Source: Stegostoma tigrinum (taxonomy: Eukaryota). From it: 64,000 nucleotides of DNA. This document shows positions 38,524-50,996 of the stretch, in pieces. The stretch lies in NCBI RefSeq assembly GCF_030684315.1, contig NC_081390.1, positions 18,810,906 to 18,874,905 of the forward strand. Direction: 5' to 3'. The notes under the pieces are model-generated. The model had not been told where the DNA came from and ran no database searches. It saw only the letters and a list, made by a program, of their open reading frames with translations. How positions within the stretch are numbered: position 1 is the stretch's first letter; every line of letters starts with the position of its first letter. Position numbers and translations under genes: made by a program.

Positions 38524-39897
38524 TTTACTAGGAACTGCAGATGCTGGAGAATCTGAGGTAACAAGGTGTGGAGATGGATGAACACAATAGGCCGAACGAC
38601 ATCGTAGGACCAGGAGAGCTGACCTTACGGGCCTAGACCGTCCTTCAGAAATGGGGGAGGGGAAGGCAGTTCTGAAATAAATAGGGAGGTGGGTAGAGGA
38701 GAAGACAGGTGGAGAGGAGACAGACCAATCAAAGAGGCAGGGATGGAGCCAGTAAAGGTGAGAGTAGGTGGGGAGGGGGTAGGTCAGTCCAGGGAGGACG
38801 GACAGGCCAAGGGGGCGGGATGAGGTTAGTAGGTAGGAAATGGAGGTTTGGCTTGAGGTGGGAGGATGGGATAGGTGTGAGGAAAAACAGGTAGGGAGGC
38901 GGGGATGAGCTGGGCTGATTTTGGGATGAAGTAGGGGAAGGGGAAATTTTGAAGCTTGTGAAGTCCACATTGACACCATTGGGCTGCAGGGTTCCCAAGC
39001 GGAATATGAGTTGCTGTTCCTGCAACCTTTGGGTGGCATCATTGTGGCACTGCAGGAGACCCATGATGGACATGTCGTCTGTGGAATGGGAGGGGGAGTT
39101 AAAATGGTTTGCGACTGGGAGGTCCAGTTGTTTATTGCGAACCGAGCATAGGTGTTCTGCAAAGCGGTCCCCAAGCTTCTGCTTGGCTTCCCCGATTGTA
39201 GAGGAGGCCACAACAGGTACAGCTGATGCAGTGTGCCACATTGGCAGATGTGCATCTGCTTGATGTGGAAAGTCGTCATGGTGCCTGGGATAGGGGTGAG
39301 GGGGGAGGTGTGGGGGCAGGTGTCGCACTTCCTGCAGTTGCAGGGAAAAGTGCCAGGTGTGGTGGGGCTGTAGGGGAGTGTGGAGCGGACAAGGGAGTCA
39401 CAGAGAGTGGTCCCTCCAGAAGGCAGATAAGGGTGGGGAGGGAAAAATATCTTTGGTCGGGGGCTGTCAGATTGCAGATGGTGGAAGTGTTGGAGGATGA
39501 TGTGTTGGATCCGGACATCACAAGCTTCAAAGTATCCCGTCCCCCTACCGCATCTCAAAACTAGCCCAGCTCATCCCCGCCTCCCTAACCTGTCCTTCCT
39601 CCCACCTCAAGCCCAACCTCCAGCTCCTACCTACTAACCTCATTCCGCCCCCTTGACCTGTCCATCCTCCCTGGACTGACCTATCTCCTCCCTACCTCCC
39701 CACCTACACTCACCTTTACTGGCTCCATCCCTGCCTCTTTGGCCTGTCTGTCTCCTCTCTGCCTATCTTCTCCTCTATCCTCCTTCTGTCCACATCCCAC
39801 TGCCTCCCTATTTATTTCAGAACCCCCTTCCTCTCCCCCATTTCTGAAGAAGGGTCTAAGCCCAAAACATCAGCCTTCCTGCTCCTCTGTTGCTTGG
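38524..39897. mobile_element. Older Neptune-type PLE (minus strand 38524-~39512) with head-to-head inverted 3' copy (~39517-39897, plus strand)
   Basis: Minus ORFs contain PGTFPCNCRKCDTC and KLGDRFAEH…GVNVDF; from 39517 the plus strand restarts at TCACAAGCTTCAAA… and runs to TTCTGAAGAAGGGTCTAAGCCCAAAACATCAG. No TSD seen. Confidence 0.85.
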
Positions 39898-39899
39898 TG

Positions 39900-40385
39900 T
39901 ATACATCTGTCCTTCTCGCTCCTTTTCCCTCTCTCATGCACACAAACATTTATTTTCTCTTCATGCTCCCCACATCAACCTTTGAGCCTCCTGCCTAATT
40001 CCATAGAGATCTCCACCACCCACACGTCTCCCCAATTCTACATTCTCCCTCTCATTTCCTCAATCTCTAATCCACCGTTTGTGCTTTCACTCTTTCCTTG
40101 CCCAGCGTCCCACTCCTACTCACTTTGTCCCACTCCCCTTCACTCTCTCTCGATCTCCTCCCAATGCCTTCCCACTGACACACACACACTTCCACGTTCC
40201 AACTCCTCTGTCTCCCTCTCTCTCCTGTTCCGTTTCCATCCTCTACTGACTCTCTGTTCATTCATGCCTCTCTCCAATGTCTCAATGCTTTTGCATTGTT
40301 TCTCTGTGTCTGTCTGTATCCCTCTCTGCATCTGTCTGTATCTTTCTCACCACTTCATTCCCTTTCTTGTCTCAGACATGCACAC
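39900..40385. repeat. CT-rich low-complexity tract
   Basis: Strong pyrimidine bias with degenerate CTCT/CACA motifs. Confidence 0.65.
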
Positions 40386-41889
40386 AGCTCCTTGGAGGAA
40401 TTAATTCATGCAGTTTATTTTGCTGTCCTCCAAATACTCCCTAGCTCGAGAAGGTTGCAGCATTACTCAATTTGCAGTGAGTTGTGTCAGAATTTAGTGA
40501 GTTTTTCTTTCTAAAGGCCCCAGTTTAGGACTTTTTACGATTTCACCACCACATAAGGAATTAACATGCTAAAAATAAGACCGAGAACTGAGAGTTCTGA
40601 AGAAGGGTCATCGGATTCAAACACTGACTGTTTCTGTCTCCACAGATACTGCCAGACCTGTTGAGTTTCTCCAGCTATTTGTGTTCTTTTGCAGCCTCAT
40701 GGTGTGAATAATCAAAATTGAGAGAAATTTTCACTTAGATGATTGTACAGAGCAGAAAGAGACCATTCAGCCCATTGAGTCTACGACAGCTTTTTCAAAG
40801 AGTGGTGGAGTTCTTCCAACTCCCCAAACTTTGCTGTTTTTCACCCCCTTCAATCTACTTTTTAAATATGTTTCCATCATGCTATTGGCCAGTGTGTCCC
40901 AAAGCCTAACCAGTCGGTTAGATTGGTGACGAATCAGTAACCATTATTGGTCATTATTAGTGGGAACAGTGATTACATTATGATCTGATAAACATGGTGA
41001 CAAAATTGTACTTGTCATATAATTCTGAGAGGCCCACTGTATTAACCTTTCTTGACCTTTCCGTGGTTTGCCATGGCAACAAGCTGCCTTTGGCACAGAC
41101 GCTGTTATTAAGCAGCACATGTGGATTAACTCAAGTTTGATTCAAGTCAAGTCCAATTTGTTAAGTGCGGAAGCCTTGCACTCACTGCTGGCTGTTCAAG
41201 TGTTCTGCCTGAGGTGACTAAATGAAGCTAGATTGAAGTTTTATCAATAGGTAAGGAAGAAATACTTGAATTTATATAGCACCTTTTGCAGCTTCAGGAT
41301 GTTGTAACACATTTTGCATGCACCTGTACATTTGAGGCCTGACCAGTATGATACCAACCTGCACGCAGCAAGATGTTGCATATAGCATTGTGATAATGAT
41401 CTGGTAATCATTGCTGTTCATACAGGACTAAATCTTCTTGAGACAAAGTGGCATTAAGATAGTAATAGCTGTTTAAGGTGCATTGTTAGATAGATTAAAC
41501 GTTGTTTCCAATAGAATAAACAGTGTATTTGATAAGGATTAGGGACTGAGCATCAGGAGATTCCTGGGTATTTGGAGGGGGTGCAGCTTTCTTGAACTAC
41601 AGATTGGCATTTTGATGCCAATTTGTCTTAAGGGTCTAGTCCTGCACAAACACCTAAATTGTCAGTTTGTTATCTCATCGCAGTTTCTTACTGTGTGCGT
41701 CTTGGTCATGACACTTGCTGCATCACAAACAGTGACCACACTTCAGAAGTATAAGAGATACTAGAAACTACCAATGCTGGAGTCTGAGATAACAACGTCA
41801 TGAACTGGATGAATAGTTCCATACCTTTAAAAGTGTAATCTGCCTATGAATCACCTTAGGACATCATGAAGTCATAAAAGGCACTGTAT

Positions 41890-42300
41890 AAGAAAGGCTG
41901 AGGGACTTGAGGCTGTTTTCATTAGAGAGAAGAAGGTTGAGAGGTGATTTAATTGAAACATATAAAATAATCAGAGGGTTAGATAGGGTGGATAGGGAGA
42001 GCCTTTTTCCTAGGATGGTGACGGCGAGCACGAGGGGGCATAGCTTTAAATTGAGGGGTGAAAGATATAAGACAGATGTCAGAGGTAGTTTCTTTACTCA
42101 GAGAGTAGTAAGGGAATGGAACGCTTTGCCTGCAACGGTAGTAGATTCGCCAACTTTAGGTACATTTAAGTCATCATTGGACAAGCATATGGACATACAT
42201 GGAATAGTGTAAGTTAGATGGGCTTGAGATCGGTATGACAGGTCGGCACAACATCGAGGACCAAAGGGCCTGTACTGTGCTGTAATGTTCTATGTTCTAT
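41890..42300 (+). mobile_element. CR1 LINE 3' fragment (distinct subfamily) with (TGTTCTA)n tail
   Basis: RLFSLERRRLRGDLIETYKII…TRGHSFKL…FFTQRVVREWNALP; ends TGTTCTATGTTCTAT. Confidence 0.9.
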
Positions 42301-42935
42301 AAATGTATGACTTTCTTCCACAACCGTAGAAGTGGGATTGAGTTTTGCTAAAGCCACTTCAAAGCAAGACTCTTGAAAGTCAACGGTTAGCAAGACTTTT
42401 TCCCATCCCTCTAGGCTAGACCCCAATCGTATCATTGAGTAAAATGGCTGTGTATGGATCCAGCGCCGAAGCTCATAAACTGAGGTGCAAGTTGAACTAA
42501 TAGTAATCTACAATGGCCACTTCATGAGACAGCAGGTATGTGCAAGAAAGAGATGCGTTTCTAAACAACCTGCTTCTTCCTCGACAGCCTTATCCCCAAG
42601 TTTGTGGCTACGTTCCCACATACTAGTGAAGTCCAGCCAATACCGATGTTGTGTGTTTACACATCTCAGATCTGTCCTTTACACTCTTGCAAATGTGTTA
42701 TTATCTTAATGTTTGTCACTCGTATTTGTTTAAGCTATTGCACAGTTGCACATTGAAGAAATCTTCCTTGCACAAACAAACAGTTGTCTCAGCATTTATG
42801 GTCTCATATTTAATCAATCTCCAATTCCTTCACCCACTTCTGCTTTGTGGGAAAATCTGGAGCTTTGGCTCATCACCAAGTTTCCACTTGTAAGGCTATT
42901 GGTTGATAAAGAATTCAGGCTGTGATCCAGGCATG

Positions 42936-43296
42936 TGGGGCGGTATGGTGGTTCAGTGGATAACGCTGCTGCCTCTCAGCATCAGGGATCCGGATTTGAT
43001 TTCAGCCTTTTGGGGTCTGTGTAGAATTTGCACATTCTCCCTGTATCTGTGTGGATTATCTCCGGGTGCTCTAGTTTCCTCCCACAGTTCAAAGGTGTGC
43101 AGATTAGGGTGGATTGGCCCTGCTAAATTGCCTATAGCATCCAGGAATTTGCATGCTAGGTGGGTTAGCCATGGGGAATGCAGGGTTATAGGGAGAGGGA
43201 GGGGGGTGGTTCTGTGTGAAATCCTCTTCAGAGGGCCATTGTGGACTCAATGGGCTGAATGGCCTGCTTCCACACTAAGGATTCTATGATTCTATG
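42936..43296 (+). mobile_element. HE1-like tRNA-derived SINE
   Basis: GGTGGTTCAGTGG A-box, TTTGCACATTCTCC core, ATTCTATGATTCTAT tail. Confidence 0.82.
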
Positions 43297-43875
43297 TGAC
43301 AAGGATTTCTATGGACCATAGATTGCCTTTTGTTCCAACGCACTCTTGTCCAACTTGATCAGCTCCGATCCCAGATCTGATCTGACCACGTTGCCTGGTG
43401 AAGTGAATTGAATCGATTGGCCATTCAGCTGGATAAAATGGGCAAAGATCTTGATTCTGAAGGACCAATTTTGGTTACAGCAATTTTTTTTATTCAGTGC
43501 GTGATATGTAGCTATCCAAAGATATTAATCAAGTTTCATTCTCTGCTACTTTAGCAGAGTGCCTTGTGATCAATTTGACAGCAACACTTGCATTTATATA
43601 ATGTCATTAACATAGAAGAAATCTTCACCACAGCCCCACTCCCTCATAGAAGAAGCACCTGCAGGTGGTTTAATTTGAGGGTCACCATGCTACAGGTGAG
43701 GGGAGAGTTGAAGAAGGAAGAACATTCATGATGACGGTGTGGGAATTGAACCCACCCTATTGGCCCATTCAGCATTGCAACACAGCCATTCAGTTAACTG
43801 AGCTGCTAACATCTATAGAATAGTAACCCCCAAAACCTGGTTTATTTCCTACATCAAAACAGTAAATATCCTTCA

Positions 43876-44008
43876 TTCTGAAGAAAGGTCACCGGCCCTG
43901 AAACGTTAACTCTGTTTTCTCCTTCACCAATGCTGCCAGACCTGCTGGGCTTTTCCAGCAACTTTGTTTTAGTTCCTGATTTACAGCATCCACAGTTCTT
44001 TTGGTTTT
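43876..44008 (+). mobile_element. Short PLE-like family C copy with hammerhead core boxes
   Basis: CTGAAGA (43878-43884)…GAAACGTT (43900-43907) AACTCTG…TGCTGCCAGACCTGCTG…CAGCATCCACAGTTCTTTTGG. Confidence 0.72.
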
Positions 44009-44175
44009 AATCTCATTCATTAGCTGTACTGCTGTGGGATGTCCAGACAGTTTAGGACAGATGCTGTATAAATCCAAGTTATTTCACCTTTTCCTTTTGA
44101 GACAGTTGTTGTTGCATTGCCAAGTTGACCTTTTTTTTTCAGATTTGAATTTGTTTTCCTTCTCGGGTTTAAAGG

Positions 44176-44311
44176 ATGAGTTACCCAGGATATCCGCCAG
44201 CCCCAGGAGGGTACCCGCCAGCCCCAGGAGGGTACCCGCCAGCCCCAGGAGGATACCCACCAGCCCCAGGAGGATACCCACCAGCCCCAGGAGGATACCC
44301 ACCTGCACCAG
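44176..44311 (+). CDS. ANXA11: Annexin A11, first coding exon: MSYPGYPPAP(GGYPPAP)5G
   Basis: ATG after pyrimidine tract and AG (44173-44174; alternative AG at 44141-44142); MSYPGYPP start shared by ANXA7/ANXA11; 136 nt, phase 1, donor CAG|GTACCA. Not in the ORF track. Confidence 0.9.
44188..44311 (+). repeat. Coding 21-bp tandem repeat, (GYPPAPG)x6
   Basis: Units GG(A/G)TA(T/C)CC(G/A)CCAGCCCCAGGA read directly. Confidence 0.95.
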
Positions 44312-45709
44312 GTACCATAAAGTTTGCTTGACTCAAGTAACTTATGGTTCTCCAGGGGCTTTTGGAAGAAGAGAGTGTGTGTGTGTGTGTGTGTCTGTGT
44401 GTTGGGGGAGGAGTTGTGGTTAGAGGGGCCTGATGCTTAACTTCTGGACTGTGCCAATTTTCAACAAAGTACACATTAATCAAATCCGAAAGATCTTCAC
44501 ACACCCTCCCTGGCGACCATCCAGCTGAGAGTTATGATTCTTCATTCCTCAGTGAGGCCATCTCTCGTCCATTCAAACCTTTCACTTTTAATTCATTCAC
44601 AGAGTGTGGCCAGGCCAGTATTTATTGCACATCCTTAATTGTCCAGAGGGCAGTTTGCAGTCAGCCAGATTGCTGTGGGTTTAGAGTCATCTGTAGCCAG
44701 ACCAAGGACAGCAAATTTAATTCCCTGAAGAGCATTAATGAGCTAGGTGCGTTTTTACATCAATCCATTTTGGTTAAACAGTGTCATCCATATAGTCACC
44801 ATTTGGCCAGCTTGGCTCTATTCTAGATTTTTTAATATTGAATTTAGTTTTGACATCTGCCATATTTGAACCATGTCCCTAGAACAGTATCTAAGAATGT
44901 GAATTACTAATGATGCCATCACTAGGTCACGGACAGGTTCAAATTTCCATAAAATAACTTTCTCATCAACATCTTGCTGATATAATTATAAATCTTAAGG
45001 AAAGCTGCTGGGCACTCTGCAGTCTGACGCTGCAGTCTTTATTTGGCCTGCCATTTTGCTTTCATGTTTCGAGAGCCTTTTCTGTTTTTGGCATCTTACT
45101 TGAGTTCTATCTTTCCGTTGGCTCCACTTGACTTCAGGAAAGTCGCTCAGTGCTGCTGATGCCCATAATTGGCAGAGACAATGCGCCAACCATAAGCACA
45201 TTGATTGAAATGCCACACTCTCAAAGGGACTCACGGATTATGAGTGTTTTATTTCTGCCCAGTTCAGGTTATTGAGTTTAAATTTGTTTGCTGCCCATTC
45301 TGCAAGATGAAGGTTAAACTGTACCAGTGCAGCAAGGATTCTCTCCTGACTGAATTAAGATAACTGTGGTCAAAGTCACTCAGAACATTGCGAGAGACTA
45401 CGGAGCATGCTATCACTCCTTTGTCAAGCTTGCCTACTTCATGGACTCTAATATAATTGACCTTTTCATTCACCTTTGCAGCTGGGATTGAATTCCATGA
45501 CAGTAACTTTCCTGATGTCAGAGTCTTCTCCAGTCATATATTCCATTACAGGTCCTTTTGTGCCTAATCATCTTTTACATTATTCCCTGTCCCCCAGTGC
45601 TACACATTCTGCTGGAACCTTGCTTACCTGGGAGTTGATGTTTGAGTCTCCTTCACCTAAACTGCCTCAAATCTTATCTCTTTCGATGTGCCTTTCCCCA
45701 GCACCCACA

Positions 45710-46070
45710 GTCATGAGCACTGAAACAGCCCCTTTTGGTCCAAATCATCTGTGCCAACCAGGTTTCCCAAACTAGACTACTTCCATTTGCCTGCATTTCA
45801 CCCATATCCCTCTGAATATTTCCTATCAATGTCCCTGTCCAAATGTCTTTTAAATGCTGCAATTATACTTGCCTCTACCACTTCCTCTGGCAGGTCGTCC
45901 CATATGCACACTACCCTATATGTGAAAAGGTTGCTCGTCAGTTTCCTTCTAAATCCTACCACCACTGCACCCCCCCACCACCCCCCCCCCCCCCCCCCCC
46001 CCAACGACTTAAACTTATGCCCTCTACTTTTAGACACTCCTGCCCTGGGGAAAAGACTATGGCTATTTAC
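45710..46070 (-). mobile_element. CR1/HER1 LINE 3' fragment containing a poly-C tract
   Basis: Minus ORF LFPRAGVSKSRGHKFK…FTYRVVCIWDDLPEEVVEASIIAAFKRHLD. Confidence 0.85.
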
Positions 46071-46597
46071 CAACATCTTAACAATGTCAGTGCCTCTTCA
46101 AAATGCTTTGAGATGATTTGGTAAGTTAAAGAGTGGCATGAATCCAGGTAGTTATTATGCAAAATGTTGGTTGGTCATACATGAGAATTTTTCACATGAA
46201 TTGGAGTAGGTTGAATCTTAAGCCTCAGTCTTAAATAAAGGATGAAAACTGGCAACAGTGCCACTTGATATCAGTATTGTACATCAGTTCATATCAGTTG
46301 TGTACTCTAACAATGTAGCACTCATACAGTTTTGTGCTTGAACAATGTAGCACTTGTATTACTTTTGTGCTCCAACAATGCAACATACTATCAATGTAGC
46401 ACCTAGGACTTTGTTCTACACCCGAGAGCTTGAAGCTACAGCTTTCTGAGTCTAAAGTGGGAATATCACACCATGAACTAAATCGGTTGTGCACGTACCT
46501 CCGGGGAAACTGTTAACCCTGCGCTTATGTCTGCTTAACTTTGAGCAGCGTTTCATTAAACCCTACATCAGCTTAGGTCATTACTCCTATACATAAG

Positions 46598-46815
46598 TGA
46601 AATAACTGCACAGAGGCCAGTATCCTGTTACCAAGTCACCCTTTACCTACAAGTGCACAGTATATGAGCTGTGGCTTGCCATCTCGGAGCCCATCCCTGA
46701 AGTGAGGTGATTCTGAATCCCCTGTTTATATCTGTCAGCCAGGGTTCCCTGATTGGCTCAGGTTTGCAACCCCAGTCAAGGATCTCATGGCCAATGAGAT
46801 CCACCTGCTTCCAGC
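46598..46815 (-). mobile_element. Solo LTR, copy 3 (5' end eroded)
   Basis: TGAAATAACTGCACAGAGGCCAGTATCCTGTTACCAAGTCACCCTTTA… colinear with 6962-7181. Confidence 0.68.
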
Positions 46816-47461
46816 CACGAAGGTGAAGTAATGGTTCCCACTTACAAGCATATAAATTAGGAGCATGAGTAGCCCAGTTAGCTATTGTGAGCCTCCTCCA
46901 CCATTCAGTAAGATCTTGGCTAATCTGTTTGTAGTCTCAATTTCACTTTCTTGCTAACACCTGATTACTGCTTGTTGTAACTCTGTTGTTACTCAAATCC
47001 ATCTACCTCTGCCTTAAAAATGTTCAATGACCCTGCATCCACGCCTCTGTGGAGAAGAGAGTTTCACAGACTCTTCACACCAGACCTCCTTTGACTTTGG
47101 TGACAGCAACCCATTGCAATGAAACCTCTGTTTCCTTGCCTACATTTGTCAGGCTGTTAATGCGATGGTCCTGGTTTGGGTAGCCAGTAAGAAAACATGT
47201 ATGCCTTAGTTGGTTTTAATTTTTCTTCTTTAGGCTTCAATGTGGCACAGCCTGAGGGAGCACGCACCTGCTGCTGTTGGTGATTTTTCTATCCCTATCC
47301 CCTGATTATTCTCAGCCCTTACAGTGTCTAATCCACAATGCTGTCATTTCTTTGAGTCGGTTTTGGCAAGTTGGCAGGAATGCTATGTGAACTCTTGGTG
47401 ACGTTAGGGATCTGTGTTTGCTCTTTCTTGATGATTGTTGAAGTTTCTTGCTCAATTTCAG

Positions 47462-47562
47462 GTGGTAGTCCGTGGGGCCCCAATCCAACCATGCCCATTG
47501 GATTGGTGGATTCTTTTGGAAGCCTCACTACAGGTGCTGATTTCTCCAATATGGCAGGAAGG
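47462..47562 (+). CDS. ANXA11: Annexin A11 coding exon 2: (G)GSPWGPNPTMPIGLVDSFGSLTTGADFSNMAGR
   Basis: TTTCAG acceptor, AGG|GTAAGT donor, 101 nt, phase 1 to 0; GG-PWG and MP-IGL motifs are ANXA11-specific (human GGGPWGG…MPPIGLDNV). Confidence 0.88.
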
Positions 47563-47784
47563 GTAAGTGAAACTAAACCTGTACGTGCAAGTGTCTTTAG
47601 TGGCTCTGGTATAAATCCCAGAACAGCAAAATATAACTATAAAGAAATACTGCAAACACTCAATAGGTCTGGCAGCGTTGGTGGAGCATAGGATTTTTTT
47701 AAACTTTTGTATTAAATTTCACCTGTTTCTGCCTTCAGCAATGTTGCTGTGTCATTCAACCCTGTCATGCTCCTAGAGCAGATG

Positions 47785-47935
47785 GTAGGAACTACCGATG
47801 CTGGAGAATCTGAGATAACAAGGTGTAGAGCCGGATGGACACAACAGGCCAAGCAGCCGCCGCTGCTGCCTCCTCCTGCTTCTTTGATGCTACTTGTCTG
47901 CTGCGTTCATCTAGCTCTACACCTTGTTAACCCAG
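47785..47935. mobile_element. Decayed PLE family A hairpin (head-to-head 3' ends)
   Basis: TAACAAGGTGTAGAGCCGGATG … CATCTAGCTCTACACCTTGTTA are reverse complements. Confidence 0.7.
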
Positions 47936-50485
47936 ATGCTGAAAATCTGAGCTATCTTGTTTTTATAAAACAAAACTGCACTGGACCAAGGTTTTTGATC
48001 TTCATATACAGTATGTTCAAGAAGTTTAATTCACATCTCTTTCCTGTTGTATTATGTGTTCATTTTGTCTGCATTTTGGGAATGCACTTTTCATTTGCTG
48101 GAAGCAGTGAATTCCCAGTTTTGGCTGAGTGGACTCCTGGCAGAGGGGTGTGGAAGAAAGCAGCCTTATGGCATAAAGCACCCCTTTGTACAGTCTGGGG
48201 CAGTTTGACCTAGCACAGGTTAGCATCCCATACAAGAGAATGCCACCTTACTGTCTCTACGTTTGCATGTGGCATGCTGAATTTTAAAGGAGCCTGTACG
48301 TAGGAGGTTAAGAGATGGGGTGGAGAAAGGTGGTTGGAAGCTTGAAAATGGTGAGGGGCAGCTGGGTCTGGCATGCTTGCTACCATCCTCTCACCTTGGC
48401 ATTCGTCCAGTGGGTAGGGGGTGCTGTTTGGGGTGGTCCAAGTGGGAATATTGCTACAACCCCTGCTCCCAATTATTGCCTCCCACTTGTCAGAACACCA
48501 TCCCACCTCTTGCTAGGGCTTGTCTGACTGGACCCAGTGTCTCCTAAACCCAACCTAAAAAGGAACAGTGCCCATCGCTGCTTCTCTCAACTAGGTGCAG
48601 TCCCTGCTGAGGCCACAGCCTCTGAGTGGCGCTGCTGGGGGCTAACGAGCTGCCAGGCCTTGCAGATTGACTGGCATCATAGGGAGGAGGGTCCCTGATA
48701 GGACTGGCTGAACATTGGGGCTGGGAATGCCCCGAATGGCCAAGGTGAAACTCGTACCAGCTTTCCAGCTAGTACTGAGACAAAAAGAAGGCCAATAAAT
48801 TATTAAAAGAGGGAGAATAAGCTTCTTTTTTTCAATGAAAAATCATGACTCTTTGAGGTTATGTAGAGCAGTGAAACTGGATATTCAGATCCAAAAGATC
48901 TGTTGTTTATACTCTACACAAGTCTCTTCTTGTTTTGGCATCTCTGCGCAGCCTGCCTTTTGATTTTTCTGTTCTCTTTCAATTGTTGTAGTTTACTTTT
49001 GAAAGCACTTTCATTATTTATCTCAATCACTTCCTGAGGTCACAAGTTCCATATTCTGACCACTCTAGCTTCCTGATTGGGAATTAGCATTGACGGTGTT
49101 GTGCTTATGGTCCCGAGTTTTGAATTCTCCAACAGCGGAAACACTCTGTCTTTTGCCTGTCTGAACCATTTGTGATTTGAAAGATCTCTGACATGTGCTT
49201 TATTTTAACTTGAATTGCAGTTTGTGTAGGAGGATTCACCCTTTCTTGCCTGCTGATGTATAATATTTGGTTGCATTTCTCTCTGGGATGTGGGTGAACA
49301 TCGGTGCCTGTTGGCATCTGAGCTGAATGGCCTTTCCCATCTGTACTGTGTTACTTCAAGGGCAGTGGAAGCTGAGGGAAATACTTTCTAGTCATGGTAT
49401 TTGGTGGAAGTGTACAAGGGGACAAAGAGATGTGGTGTGCTCATTAATCATCTCAAAATAGCAAATAGAATATAGATAAGGAAAGCTAGTCAGCTTACTT
49501 TTGTAGTTCCATCTGGAAACACCAGCTTAACAGATTTACCTAACAGAAGCCTCATTAAATGACTTCAATTCCTATTCATAGCCTGTATAAACATTGATGG
49601 ACATCCATGGAATGCCCAGTAGGAACAATGAACAGATCTAAAGCATGGCCAAAAACACACCTTACAGAATTTAATGATGTGATAACATTGTGGGGATTGG
49701 GTCTCATCTGCCAACTGGACACCTCCACTCTCCATATTTTGTTTTTGGGAAGGGTCGCTGACTTAAATGCCAACTGGGCAAGGCAAGTCTTCCCTGGGAA
49801 TGAGGGCCACACAAGTGGAGACGCTGTCACGGATTGGCAACACCTCACTGCTCAGCAGTCCTACTGGGGAGACAGTTCCTGCTGTCAGTACTACATCTGC
49901 CCAAGGCCAAAGGATCATAGATGGACCCCAGAATGGGTGGGTGATGGGAGAGTGGGGCATTTGGAGGGGGGAGGTGTGGGTAGCGGTGACAGTTGGCTGA
50001 CAACCAATTCCTTCACCCTTCCCAATGCTGGCATCCTTCACCGGGCACTGAGTGAAGGACCCTGCCCTACCTGGAAGTCAGCAAGGTTTGCTGTATATGT
50101 TCCACTCATGGCAGGTCACCTATTTGTCCCTTGATGAATGTCATGGCATCGGGGCAGAGGCCCGTTATTGGGCATTCCTAGATGGTCTTCCTTTTCTTAC
50201 CAAACACGGGCCTCATCCCAAGCACTAACACAGTACAGGCTCATAGAAGTGCTCATGTATGTACTGCGGTCACCAACCACTACCCTCCTGACCGATTTAC
50301 CATGTCCTTATTTTTCCCCAAATTTGCCATGGAGGAAGACATTCAATTCTTCCCACTAGCTCCACGCTGTGTATTTTGTGCTGGTCATCTCATCACTGCA
50401 AAATGACTTTCCTCAAGCAGGCAAAACCACCAAAGGAAACCAAAATAGAAAAAGAAAGAGAGAAATTATTTTTCGGAATGACCAA

Positions 50486-50721
50486 TGTAGTGATTGGAGC
50501 AAGGTCAGCCAGGTGGATCTCATAGTGCATGTGTTCCCTGATTGTGGCTGTTAACCTGGTCCAATCAGGGAGCCCTGGCTGACACACATAAACAGAAGCT
50601 TCAGAGGTTCTGCTCACTCCAGGAGCTGGCTCTGAGCTAGCTGGATCAGTGTCATATGCTCTGTACGTATAAATAAAGGGTGATTTGGTGATGGGATACC
50701 AGCCTTCATGGAGTTGTTTCA
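50486..50721 (+). mobile_element. Solo LTR, copy 4 (best preserved, 236 bp)
   Basis: Starts TGTAG, ends TTTCA; contains CCAAT, CATAAA and AATAAA in promoter-to-polyA order; flanks ACCAA/ACCAC (5-bp TSD, 1 mismatch). Confidence 0.75.
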
Positions 50722-50996
50722 ACCACCATCATTGGAACAAGCTTACAATATGCAGATATGCTGTTCGTCTCCTTTGGTTTGGACGTGACTCCTCACTATT
50801 GTGTTTTGCACTTTTCTCCAAAACAACTGTACTGTCCTCGTTATTCCATGCCATTTTCTTTTAGAACATAGGACATTTTTTATCAAAGGCGAGACATATT
50901 GCAAAAGATATACTTGTGAGGCAGATTGCAGTCTGCCCTCAACTGATTTATGCTTTCAAAGCCCAAGTACTCATTGATCAATGCTGATTGTGCTAA

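Noticed and set aside
39739-40404. 221-aa Ser/Leu/Pro-rich ORF
   Set aside because: Stop-poor artefact of a CT-rich low-complexity tract.
44181-44504. Antisense ORF encoding (PGAGGYP)n, almost the same peptide as the sense exon
   Set aside because: Explained by the self-complementary GGGTACCC/GGATATCC core of Gly-Tyr-Pro codons in a 21-bp repeat; no splice or start support on the minus strand.
48200-50360. GC-richer segments with several overlapping ORFs (also ~35720-36170)
   Set aside because: No recognisable domain; probably old unclassified repeats, but I could not assign them by eye.
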